Assembly: GCA_963774955.1 (NCBI GenBank)
Contig: CAVZGV010000003.1
Coordinates: forward strand, 192,771-256,770
Length of the DNA: 64,000 nt
Source of the DNA: Candidatus Falkowbacteria bacterium
Lineage (GTDB): Bacteria > Patescibacteriota > Patescibacteriia > CAIXNZ01
Direction: 5' to 3'
Under the pieces are notes generated by a model. The model made no database searches. It was not told the origin of the DNA and worked only from the letters and a program-made list of their open reading frames with translations. This document shows, one piece after another, positions 28,138-37,807 of the stretch (positions within the stretch are counted from its first letter, which is position 1; each line of letters opens with the position of its first letter). The position numbers were made by a program, and so were the translations under genes.

Positions 28138-28997
28138 ATGCATTATTCATTAGATTTAAATTACAATTGCAATAATGATTGCCTTTTCTGTTTTAATAAA
28201 TATGATAAAAACAAGTCGTTTGATATTAAGCAGGTAAAAAAAGAAATTGATTGGGCGTCTAAAAATCAGTTTGATATTCTCGATTTTTATGGCGGGGAAC
28301 CGCTATTATATAAAGATGATTTGTTGGAAATTCTAAAGTATGCACATGCAATAAAGGGTTGAAATCCGGAATCGCTACAAATGCCACTTTTTTAGATGAT
28401 AAAATTGTTAAAATTTTCAATGAATTAGGGGTGGTTAATTGTAGAACAAGTATGCACGGCCATAATAAGGTATTGCATGACATGGTGACTCAAAGGAAAG
28501 GTAGCTTTGAAAAGACCTCTCGAGGAATTAATTCTTTGATTAACTATTTTAACGGGGAGATAATTATAAATATAGTCATTACCAAATTAAATTATAAATA
28601 TCTACCAGACATTGTTCTACATATATGTAAACTTGATCCTGGTAAGAAGGCGGCTATTAAGTTTTCCAATTTGATTTATAATCATAATAATGATGTTTAT
28701 AGAAAGATTGGCCTGTCTTTATCAGCCACCCAGCCGGTTGTGTATAAAGTAATCAAAAATATAGTTAAAGATAGAAAGTTTTATATTGAGAAATATCCTT
28801 ATTGTTTTTTAAAACCATTCTCTAAAAATTTTATAATAGAAAAAGATCTTGGCAGGGAAATTATATTTTGGCATAATGATTGCGCTGTCTGCAAATTCAA
28901 GAATAAGTCTTGTGTCGGATTAAATATCAATTATGTCAATTATATCCAGCCAGATATAGGTGAAATTAAAAAATTGAATAATTTTAAATATGAATAA
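28138..28997 (+). pseudogene. radical SAM protein (HxsC-like), one frameshift near 28350
   Basis: CNNDCLFC, GGEPL; ATNAT, SMHGH; C-terminal CAVCKFKNKSCVG. Confidence 0.75.
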
Positions 28998-30378
28998 GCT
29001 GAGAAAGTTATTAGGTCGCGAGCAGATCTCGAATGAAAAAAAACAATATATTAAGATAAACAATTACTGTAATAATAATTGTATTTTTTGCCTTGATTCT
29101 GCCAATCAGGAAAAGGCTCAGCGGATCAAAAAAACTTTCATATTTAAACAAATCAAAGATGGAAGGGCCGGGGGGGCTAATAAATTAATACTAAGCGGCG
29201 GCGAAGCTACAATTGATCCCTACTTCCTTGAATATGTTAAATTTGCCAAAACGAACGGTTATCATAAAATACAGGTTATTTCCAATGGCCGGATGTTTGC
29301 GTACGGTAAATTTGCTAAGCAGGCAATAGCGAATGGTTTGAATGAGATAACGATATCAATTCATGGGCATAATCAGAAGTTGTACGAAAAATTGACTAAT
29401 ATACCCGGATCATTTAAACAATTGTTAGCGGCATTAAATAATTTAAAACAATTTCCCGGGTTGATAATAAATATTGATATAGTGATCAATAAATTAAATT
29501 ATAAATATATTTATGAGATTATTAAATTTTATAGTAAAAATTGTGGTATTTTTGAATATGATTTACTTAATTTAACACCTGCCGGCCGCGCTTTAATTAA
29601 TAAAAAGATATTATTTATTAATTTGAAACTAGCTTTGAAGTATTTAAAGCCTGTTTTTAATCTGACGAAAAGGGATAGTCGGTTTTTTATATGGACTAAT
29701 AGGTTGCCTCCTAAATATTTAGAAGGGTATGAGTATTTAATCCAAGACCCTCATAAATTAATGGATGAGGTTTCGGGCCGTTATCAATCATTAAACAGTT
29801 TTTTGACCTTAGGGACTAAAATGAGTTGTCAGGATGATCTAAACTGCTCTTGGTGTTATTTGGATGATTTCTGTAAAAAGCTCAGGGACACTAAACAACT
29901 AAATAATTTTGAGTTTTTCCCCATAAAATCCATTAATGATGTTAGAAATGTTAGTGAACGCAAGTATTTTGTTGAGGTTGACAGGAAGAATTACAAGGAC
30001 ATCTTAGAAAATATTGAAGAATATAAAAAATATAATGTTTATTTTAAATTAAGAAATTTTAGCACTGTAAAAGAACTTGACCAGAAGGCTTTGCCTCTAA
30101 GTTTATTCAAAGAATATTTTGCGATGGATAAAGATATTAAATTTTTAGACTTTCCATTATGTTTGGTTAATAAACAGGCAAAAGTAGCGCAATTTTTGAA
30201 TTTGTCAAGAAATGCCGCTGATTTAGATTTAAAGCAATTTACCATGAATTATATAAGGGATTTATATTATATAAAAGCTTTAAAATGCGATCATTGTAGA
30301 TTTAATAAAAAATGTTCTGGCTGGCATATTAATTATGTGCGCTATTACGGGTTTAAAATTTTTAACCCAGTCATATGA
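28990..30378 (+). CDS. radical SAM protein (HxsC-like)
   Basis: CNNNCIFC, SGGEATI, SNGRMF, SIHGH; CDHCRFNKKCSG. Confidence 0.9.
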   Translation: MNKLRKLLGREQISNEKKQYIKINNYCNNNCIFCLDSANQEKAQRIKKTFIFKQIKDGRAGGANKLILSGGEATIDPYFLEYVKFAKTNGYHKIQVISNGRMFAYGKFAKQAIANGLNEITISIHGHNQKLYEKLTNIPGSFKQLLAALNNLKQFPGLIINIDIVINKLNYKYIYEIIKFYSKNCGIFEYDLLNLTPAGRALINKKILFINLKLALKYLKPVFNLTKRDSRFFIWTNRLPPKYLEGYEYLIQDPHKLMDEVSGRYQSLNSFLTLGTKMSCQDDLNCSWCYLDDFCKKLRDTKQLNNFEFFPIKSINDVRNVSERKYFVEVDRKNYKDILENIEEYKKYNVYFKLRNFSTVKELDQKALPLSLFKEYFAMDKDIKFLDFPLCLVNKQAKVAQFLNLSRNAADLDLKQFTMNYIRDLYYIKALKCDHCRFNKKCSGWHINYVRYYGFKIFNPVI

Positions 30379-31736
30379 GTAAAATTGATTTTAATCAGCG
30401 GTTAAAATTTTTTAGAGATATTACTTATCGGTATAATTTAATATTCCCGACCGATTATTTATATCTTTCACCTAAAAAGGAATGGGGATTAGAGCAGATG
30501 ATGAATTTATGGCGATTTAATTTGAGAAATGTTAATAACCCATATGTTTCGCTTTATTTACATATCCCTTTTTGTCTCGAAAGAAGGTGCTCTTATTGTA
30601 TAAATTTATCTTCGGTATTGGAGTCCGGCTCCCAGCTCGAGCAATATTTGGATTATCTGAAAAAAACGATGTTAAACTATAGGAAAATATTTCCGACTAC
30701 AAAATTCAATACATTATATATAGGCGGAGGTACCCCCTCGATATTATCGCCAAAACAGTTGGATGATTTTTTAAAAACCATTAAGATTAATTTTAAATTT
30801 GAAAGTTCTGGCATGAAAACTATCGAGATGTCACCTGCTACTGCAAGTTATGAAAAAATAGATATTTGTAAAAGGCAAGGTATTAATCGCATAAGTATGG
30901 GGATTCAATCTTTGAACTGCAAGATTCTAGAATCAGTTAATAGATTCAATACTTTAGCCTATAATGAGTTACAGGATCTTTGTCGGTATGTTAATAGGAA
31001 GAAATTTGAAGATTTTAATTTGGATTTAATAATTGGCTTGCCTGGCGAAAATAATAAAAGTTTTTTAAATAACCTGACGCAATTATTAAAGTTAAATATT
31101 CCATCAATTACTGTTTATAAATATGTACATAAATATTTTGAGTCCGAAAAAAATACGCCAAAGTATTACGAAGAGCAATATTTAATCAAGTATAAAGATA
31201 TTATTAAAAATATAGGAGCTATATTGAAAAAGTATCATTATATTGAAGAAACGTCCGGGGCTGGAATTAATAATCTATTTCGTTTCGTAAAGAAAAACCA
31301 TAGCAAAAAACAGGATTATTTTTTGCAATGGAACTCACAATTAAATAATTCTGTTTTAGGTATCGGGAAAGGCTCTACCAGTCTTATACAAAATAAAGTC
31401 TTTGCCAATGAAGATTTTAACGTATCAGTAAATAACCTAGTATCAAGCAATGTTAAATATTCAGGTCACATATTTAATAAAGATGACCAAATTCGCAATT
31501 ATACAATTATGGAACTCTGGCGTAATCGGGCAATGGATTTTTCAGAATTCAAGAGGTTATTCGGGCTAGATTTTTACAGCTACTTTAAGGGGGAGCTAGA
31601 CTATTTGAGAATTCAAAATAAAGTAATAATTACCGATAAATACGTAGAGATTAAATTTAATGATATTTTGGATTTTGCAATTAATATAAAATTATTTTTT
31701 AATTTTTCTTATCTTAAAACTAACTATCAAACATAA
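30375..31736 (+). CDS. HemN-like radical SAM protein
   Basis: LYLHIPFCLERRCSYC, YIGGGTPS, RISMGIQS, DLIIGLPGE. Confidence 0.88.
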   Translation: MSKIDFNQRLKFFRDITYRYNLIFPTDYLYLSPKKEWGLEQMMNLWRFNLRNVNNPYVSLYLHIPFCLERRCSYCINLSSVLESGSQLEQYLDYLKKTMLNYRKIFPTTKFNTLYIGGGTPSILSPKQLDDFLKTIKINFKFESSGMKTIEMSPATASYEKIDICKRQGINRISMGIQSLNCKILESVNRFNTLAYNELQDLCRYVNRKKFEDFNLDLIIGLPGENNKSFLNNLTQLLKLNIPSITVYKYVHKYFESEKNTPKYYEEQYLIKYKDIIKNIGAILKKYHYIEETSGAGINNLFRFVKKNHSKKQDYFLQWNSQLNNSVLGIGKGSTSLIQNKVFANEDFNVSVNNLVSSNVKYSGHIFNKDDQIRNYTIMELWRNRAMDFSEFKRLFGLDFYSYFKGELDYLRIQNKVIITDKYVEIKFNDILDFAINIKLFFNFSYLKTNYQT

Positions 31737-31738
31737 TT

Positions 31739-32674
31739 ATGGCGAATTTGGGTTACATCCAATTGAATAGAACCTGTAATCAGCAGTGCCTGTTTTGCTC
31801 CAATCCGGAGAATGGGAACGTTTTATCATATTCAAAAGCTAGGTTTTATATTGATGATTTTATGAAAAACCGAGTTGACGGAATTATTTTTACCGGGGGT
31901 GAACCAACCTTAAACAAAAATTTAATAAGGCTTATAAGGTATTGTAAACAAAAAAACTTAGAATCCAGGATAATAACAAATGGACAACTTACTGCTGATT
32001 ACGATTTTATGCGAGAATTGAAGTTGTCTGGATTGAATTTGATTCATGTTTCCATCCATTCAGTAAAACCCCCAATACAAAATTATTTGAGCCAAAATTC
32101 TAATTCTTTTAGGAATATAATAGGAACTTTGCAAAACGCCAGAAAGCTCGGTGTGGAGGTTAATATTAATACTGTTATAAACAGATTTAATGCCAAAAAT
32201 TTGCATGAAAATATGCGTTTTTTTATCGTTAAATTCCCTGAAATTAAGCACTTTGTTTTTAATAATTTAGATCCTAAGATGAATCGGGTTGAGAAAAATA
32301 CCACTTTAATCCCTCGATTAGGGGATTTTAAAGATTCATTGTTGAAAGCTCTGACATTATTAAGCAAGAATGGAAAGACTTTCCGCGTTGAACGCGTCCC
32401 TTTATGTTATATGACGGAATTCGCAGAGTATTCAACTGAAACCAGGAAGATTATTAAGAATGAGGAACGTAGGATCTTATTTTTGGATGATCGACCTGAT
32501 AATTATAGTAAACAAGATTATTTCTTTTATGAAAAAGCAAAACAATGTAAAAAATGCAGCCTGAATGAAATATGTGCCGGATTATACGCTATGGATACAC
32601 ATTTTAGTAGTAAAGAATTGGAGCCCCAAGCAATTAATAAGAATATAATTATTAAAAGGATATTAAATGGCTAA
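31739..32674 (+). CDS. radical SAM protein (HxsC-like)
   Basis: CNQQCLFC, TGGEPTL, ITNG, VPLCYM, CKKCSLNEICAG. Confidence 0.9.
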   Translation: MANLGYIQLNRTCNQQCLFCSNPENGNVLSYSKARFYIDDFMKNRVDGIIFTGGEPTLNKNLIRLIRYCKQKNLESRIITNGQLTADYDFMRELKLSGLNLIHVSIHSVKPPIQNYLSQNSNSFRNIIGTLQNARKLGVEVNINTVINRFNAKNLHENMRFFIVKFPEIKHFVFNNLDPKMNRVEKNTTLIPRLGDFKDSLLKALTLLSKNGKTFRVERVPLCYMTEFAEYSTETRKIIKNEERRILFLDDRPDNYSKQDYFFYEKAKQCKKCSLNEICAGLYAMDTHFSSKELEPQAINKNIIIKRILNG

Positions 32675-33548
32675 AAGGATTGAAATATATGTAGGTTTTA
32701 AATGCAATAATAATTGTATTTTTTGCGTTGAATACTTTAGACGACAGAAGTTTAATGACTTGAAAGTATTACAAACTAATACTGAAATCAATGAACAGCT
32801 AAATAAATATCGTGAAGAAGGATATAGCCATTTAAATATATTGGGTGGAGAACCTTTCTTGGAGCCAAGTTTTTATAAAGTATTATCAAAAGCTAAGGGC
32901 TTAGGCTTCATTACCGCAGTTACAACTAATGGAAGTTTATTGTCAGATGAAAATATTGCCGTTAAAAATTTACCCTTAATAGATGATCTAATCTTATCTA
33001 TTCATGGTCATAATGAAGAAATAATCTCGAGACAGAGTCAGAATAAAAATTTATATGTCAATTTACAGGCAGCTTTTTTAAATATTAAAAAATATTTTAG
33101 AGGTCGAATTCTTAAAACCAATACTGTAATTAATAATTTAAATTATAAATATCTCTTAGATATTGTAAAATTTATTCAGAGGGCGGGAATCTCAGAAATT
33201 AGTTTAACCTATATGTCGATTGATGATCATAATAAAGAATTCTTGGTAAGTTTGGGTAGACTGCAGCCATATTTGGAAAAAGTAATGGAATATTGCAGCA
33301 ATAATGACTTGAGAATCAGGTTCGCTGATATTCCTTTATGTTTTTTGGGACAATACCCCCATCTAGATAATAGTTTATATTATGACAAACGACAGAAATA
33401 TGATGTGGATGGTAAGCTGATCGAACATTGTAGGCAAAAAACAAAAACAGAAAAATGTTCCGGCTGTATGTATGAAGGTATTTGCGAAGGGTTGGATCTT
33501 AGTTATTATAAAATATTCGGCGATTCAGAATTAATGCCAATTAGTTAA
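32667..33548 (+). CDS. radical SAM protein (HxsC-like)
   Basis: CNNNCIFC, GGEPF, TTNG, IPLCFL, CSGCMYEGICEG. Confidence 0.9.
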   Translation: MAKRIEIYVGFKCNNNCIFCVEYFRRQKFNDLKVLQTNTEINEQLNKYREEGYSHLNILGGEPFLEPSFYKVLSKAKGLGFITAVTTNGSLLSDENIAVKNLPLIDDLILSIHGHNEEIISRQSQNKNLYVNLQAAFLNIKKYFRGRILKTNTVINNLNYKYLLDIVKFIQRAGISEISLTYMSIDDHNKEFLVSLGRLQPYLEKVMEYCSNNDLRIRFADIPLCFLGQYPHLDNSLYYDKRQKYDVDGKLIEHCRQKTKTEKCSGCMYEGICEGLDLSYYKIFGDSELMPIS

Positions 33549-33554
33549 TTATAT

Positions 33555-34490
33555 ATGCATAATATTGAAATTAACATCGGTAATGCCTGTAATAATAAAT
33601 GCAGATTTTGTATGATAGAATATGAAGATAAAAGATGCTTCATTGCTTTTAATTTGATAAAAAAAGAGGTAATTAAGGCCAGGCGTCAGGCGTATGATTC
33701 GATTGGGTTTTTAGGCGGTGAATTTACTTTACATCCGGATTTGCTGAAAATAGTTAAATTATGTAAAATTTTAGGATATAAAACTATACATATAATTAGT
33801 AACGGCAGAAGATTTGCTGACTCTGAATTGTTGAGTGACCTGATAAAAAATGGTGTAAATAGATTTTCTGTTTCAGTTCATAGCCATGATCAGAAAGTTG
33901 ATGATTATTTGACTCAAAGTCGCGGAGGATTCAAACAAAAACTTCAGGGAATTAAGAATCTAATAAAATTTAGAAAAACCGGAAAAATCAGAAATTCTCT
34001 GTCAATAAATATAGTTATTAATAATTTGAATTACAAAGAAATAGTTAAGACTTTAAACTATTTTCACGGTCTGGGCATTGAAGATTTTAGGTTGAATTTT
34101 ATTTGGCTGCACGGACGTGCCCAGAGATACTCGGAACTTTACCTTAAATTTAGTGATTTTGTGCCATATATTAAGGATATTATTTCAGCCGCAAAGGAAC
34201 ATAAATATAATTTTTCTTTTGAGGGTATTCCGGCCTGTATTATAAATAGTGATGAGGCACTTAATTATTTAGGCGAGCTAAAAGATCAAGCTACTCAGGT
34301 AGTTGCCTATAATAATCCGAAACAGCTGAGGGAAAGCTTTAACTGGCAAAGCCGCAAAGCTAATGAGTTTAAAATTAAAAATGATAACTGCCAATTGTGC
34401 CATTGGAATAGTATCTGCGATGGTATCTGGCGAGATTATATAACAATTTATGGTTGGGACGAATTCCAGCCGAAGGAAAAAAACAATTAA
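33555..34490 (+). CDS. radical SAM protein (HxsC-like)
   Basis: CNNKCRFC, GGEFT, SNGRRF, IPACII, CQLCHWNSICDG. Confidence 0.9.
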   Translation: MHNIEINIGNACNNKCRFCMIEYEDKRCFIAFNLIKKEVIKARRQAYDSIGFLGGEFTLHPDLLKIVKLCKILGYKTIHIISNGRRFADSELLSDLIKNGVNRFSVSVHSHDQKVDDYLTQSRGGFKQKLQGIKNLIKFRKTGKIRNSLSINIVINNLNYKEIVKTLNYFHGLGIEDFRLNFIWLHGRAQRYSELYLKFSDFVPYIKDIISAAKEHKYNFSFEGIPACIINSDEALNYLGELKDQATQVVAYNNPKQLRESFNWQSRKANEFKIKNDNCQLCHWNSICDGIWRDYITIYGWDEFQPKEKNN

Positions 34491-34509
34491 TTTTTTTATA
34501 TATACGCGG

Positions 34510-35844
34510 ATGTTAACTATTAAGAGAAAAATCGAAGAATTCAATAGGCTCTTTCAGAACAATCAGTGTTGGGATTTGGATCTTCTTAAAAATTATCTGA
34601 TTAGGGCAGAAGTAAGGTTCAGCGCACAGGATGTAAGAAAAATGTGGGGTAGGGGGCTCAAAACATTAAGCAAACAGCCTGATAAGAACTTGAATATGTA
34701 TATCAGTATGCCTTTTTGTTTAGATAATAAGTGCGCCTATTGCCGTCATCAGTCTTTGATTGCCAGCAGTTCTGTTATTGATTTATATATAATTTATTTA
34801 ATCAATTCTTTGAAATATTATAAGGATATTTTTAAAAATTTTGTTTTCAATAATTTGTATATAGGGGGCGGGACACCTAGTATTCTAACAAACAAACAAT
34901 TACAGATAATTTTAAATGAAATTTTCAATGATTATGATTTCGATCCTTCTGGGGAAAAAACTTTTGAATGCAATCCCAATACAATTAATTTGGAAAAATT
35001 AATGATTGTCAAGAACTTCGGCTTTAATAGAATAAGCATCGGCGTGCAATCTTTAGATGAAAAGGTGTTGTCGTCGGCTAAAAGGAACAACCAATCATAT
35101 AACGATGTTCAAAACGCAATTGTTAATGCGCAAACGTGTAATTTCCCAGTAATAAATGTAGATTTGATGCTCGGGCTTGCAAACCAAACATTGGAATCTC
35201 TGGTTAAAACCTGCTTGCAGATTATAAAATTTAGACCCGATAATATGTTTATTTATAAGTATAAGCCGCAAGAAGGTCATTATGGCAATTATATTAAGCA
35301 GTCGCAGGATAAATATTTTAAAAGGTTAAATAATTTTTGCCAAAGATTTTCCGTGGTATTGAAGTCTGATAAAAAAGTCAATTCAGTTTATTTTGTTACG
35401 GAGAATGATAATTTCTTTAGATTACGTTTGAAAACCGGTCCCCGTATAAAAATTAGCACCCCTTATGTTTTATATGGTGATAGGCCTTTTAATTATGTAT
35501 TTGGGGTAGGACAGTTTGCTATTTCAAAAATTTATTCAATATTTCAGGGGGAAGAGTTGTCTAAAAATTTCTTTTTTAAACCTCGGCTAAAAAATATAAG
35601 AGGTTCGTTTGTATCTCAAACTGATGAAATGAAAAGTTATATTTTGAACTCTCTTGACCGTTATGATTCAGTAATAAATAAAACTGAATTTGAAAAAAAT
35701 TTTGGTCAAGACATATCCCTGTCTTTCAAAGGGGAGCTTGAATATTTCCAAAATAATAATTTGTTAGTTCTGGATAATGAAAGGGTAATTTTTAAATTTA
35801 AAACACCCAAAGAGAAGTTTTTAGCTGCCTTTCTTTTTATTTAA
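34510..35844 (+). CDS. HemN-like radical SAM protein
   Basis: MYISMPFCLDNKCAYC, YIGGGTPS, ECNP, RISIGVQS, DLMLGL. Confidence 0.88.
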   Translation: MLTIKRKIEEFNRLFQNNQCWDLDLLKNYLIRAEVRFSAQDVRKMWGRGLKTLSKQPDKNLNMYISMPFCLDNKCAYCRHQSLIASSSVIDLYIIYLINSLKYYKDIFKNFVFNNLYIGGGTPSILTNKQLQIILNEIFNDYDFDPSGEKTFECNPNTINLEKLMIVKNFGFNRISIGVQSLDEKVLSSAKRNNQSYNDVQNAIVNAQTCNFPVINVDLMLGLANQTLESLVKTCLQIIKFRPDNMFIYKYKPQEGHYGNYIKQSQDKYFKRLNNFCQRFSVVLKSDKKVNSVYFVTENDNFFRLRLKTGPRIKISTPYVLYGDRPFNYVFGVGQFAISKIYSIFQGEELSKNFFFKPRLKNIRGSFVSQTDEMKSYILNSLDRYDSVINKTEFEKNFGQDISLSFKGELEYFQNNNLLVLDNERVIFKFKTPKEKFLAAFLFI

Positions 35845-35992
35845 ATTTTATGTCTTTAGCTAGAAATATGCCCAATGATGTTATTAAAATTGATGATCAA
35901 TTCGAAATGGCAAAATCTATGGGGAATACTTTATTGCAGTATGCTAGACGTTTTTTGAATATCGATTTAATTTATTATAAAATTATATAACT

Positions 35993-37807
35993 ATGGATAG
36001 GATTGATTTGAAAATTTGCTTTCAATGCAATAATCTTTGTGAATTTTGTGTGCAGGGAGATAAGAGGGAGCGTCTTGCTAATAAAAGTCTTGAAGAAATT
36101 AAAAAAGCGCTAAGGGAGGCGAGGCAGGAAAATATCGAAGGTGTTGTTTTTACAGGTGGCGAACCTACTGTCCATCCCGATATTTTAAAGGTAGTGGAGT
36201 ATGCCCAGAAAGCTGGATTTAAAAGTATCCAGTTGCAAACTAATGGACGTATGTTCTCGTATTTAGATTTTTGTAAAAAAATAATTTCAGCAGGAGCGAG
36301 TGAATTTTCGCCAGCATTGCATAGTTCTGTGCCAGAAATTCACGATAAATTAACAAATAGTCCGGGGGCCTGGCAGCAGGTAGTAAAGGGGATTAGAAAT
36401 TTGAAAAGTTTAAATCAATATGTCCTTACTAATACCGTTATTACCTCTTTGAATTATAAGGATTTTCCGGAATTGGCTAAATTATTTGTCAGATTGAATG
36501 TTGATCAGTTTCAGTTTGCTTATGTTCATATAATTGGCACCGCCTTTAAAAATAAGGAATGGCTGATTCCCCGAAAAAGCGAAGTGATGCCTTATGTTAG
36601 GAAGGGTTTAGATATCGGTATCTTCGCCGGTAAAAAAGTAATGACCGAGGCGATACCTTATTGTTTTATGTCTGGTTATGAAGATTATATTGCCGAAAAA
36701 AATATTCCGGAAACAAAAGTCGTGGCTGAAAATACAATTGATGATTTTAATTATTTTCGGAAAAACGTTGGGAAATTGAAGTCCGCTACCTGTAAGATTT
36801 GCGGTTATTATAATATTTGCGAGGGGCCCTGGAAAGAGTACCCTGAAATTTTTGGCTGGGATGAATTTAAGCCGGTAATAAAATTACCGCCTCATTTTGA
36901 AAAACTGGAAAATTATGACAAGAAATTAATTCAGGTAGTTGGACAGGCTTATAATCTTGGGGAGATAGTTGCTGTCTATAAATATGTCAAACGCAGCATT
37001 AATAATGCTCATTTGTTTGTGTTTCAAGCTAAAATAGTGATAGCAAAATTATCAAAAACAAAGACGCCAGAAAAGATAAATGCGGAACAAAATGTGCTGA
37101 GTATTTTTCTGAAAAAAGGTTTACTTTTCCCGGCGATGTTAAAAACTGTTAAAGGTGATTTTTATCTAAAATACAAACAAAGTTATATCCGTTTGTACGA
37201 GTATGTTCAGGGTTCAAACAATGTTCATTATTTTAATTATCTGGATAAGATTTTGAATTATTTTATTTTTTGCGTACAAAGCAAAGATAAATTCAATAAG
37301 TTTTATAATCGAGAAGCAGTTTTATTTAAACTAGACAAGAAAATTGCTAATGCTTTAAAATTAACTAAAAAATTTAATCACTCGGATAATAAATACTTAG
37401 TGGGCCTGCTGGGCGATTCTGAGAATATTTTAAATAATATAAGGAGTTCTGATGTAATTATACCATTGCACTTTCTGGAATTAGTTTTGAACGAAAAGGG
37501 GCTATATTTTTTGGAATCAGAACACTTGATCGAAAATTTTTTTCCTTCTTCTTACGTCCTGGCGAGATATATATTAAAAGTATTAACTCAAGAAAATCAA
37601 ATTTTAAATATTGATGAGCTTGTGAGAATAGTTTTCACGAAAACCAATTTAGCCCAAGAGAAAAAAACTGCCGTGAATCTTCTCTTGACAATTGATTTAT
37701 TGCGTAGGATTTATAATTATAAAAAATATAATAAGGATACGAGAAATAAATATAAGAAATATTATCGAGATTTAATCATTGGGTTTAATGTTAAATTTAG
37801 TCAGTAA
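35993..37807 (+). CDS. radical SAM protein (HxsC-like) fused to a kinase-like C-terminal domain
   Basis: CNNLCEFC, TGGEPT, QTNGRMF, EAIPYCFM, CKICGYYNICEGPW; ~300-aa extension. Confidence 0.88.
   Translation: MDRIDLKICFQCNNLCEFCVQGDKRERLANKSLEEIKKALREARQENIEGVVFTGGEPTVHPDILKVVEYAQKAGFKSIQLQTNGRMFSYLDFCKKIISAGASEFSPALHSSVPEIHDKLTNSPGAWQQVVKGIRNLKSLNQYVLTNTVITSLNYKDFPELAKLFVRLNVDQFQFAYVHIIGTAFKNKEWLIPRKSEVMPYVRKGLDIGIFAGKKVMTEAIPYCFMSGYEDYIAEKNIPETKVVAENTIDDFNYFRKNVGKLKSATCKICGYYNICEGPWKEYPEIFGWDEFKPVIKLPPHFEKLENYDKKLIQVVGQAYNLGEIVAVYKYVKRSINNAHLFVFQAKIVIAKLSKTKTPEKINAEQNVLSIFLKKGLLFPAMLKTVKGDFYLKYKQSYIRLYEYVQGSNNVHYFNYLDKILNYFIFCVQSKDKFNKFYNREAVLFKLDKKIANALKLTKKFNHSDNKYLVGLLGDSENILNNIRSSDVIIPLHFLELVLNEKGLYFLESEHLIENFFPSSYVLARYILKVLTQENQILNIDELVRIVFTKTNLAQEKKTAVNLLLTIDLLRRIYNYKKYNKDTRNKYKKYYRDLIIGFNVKFSQ

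Noticed and set aside
24733-28400. Alternative genetic code (TGA read-through) explaining the broken ORFs
   Set aside because: Breaks involve frame changes and TAA stops, and TGA terminates normal genes such as rplM
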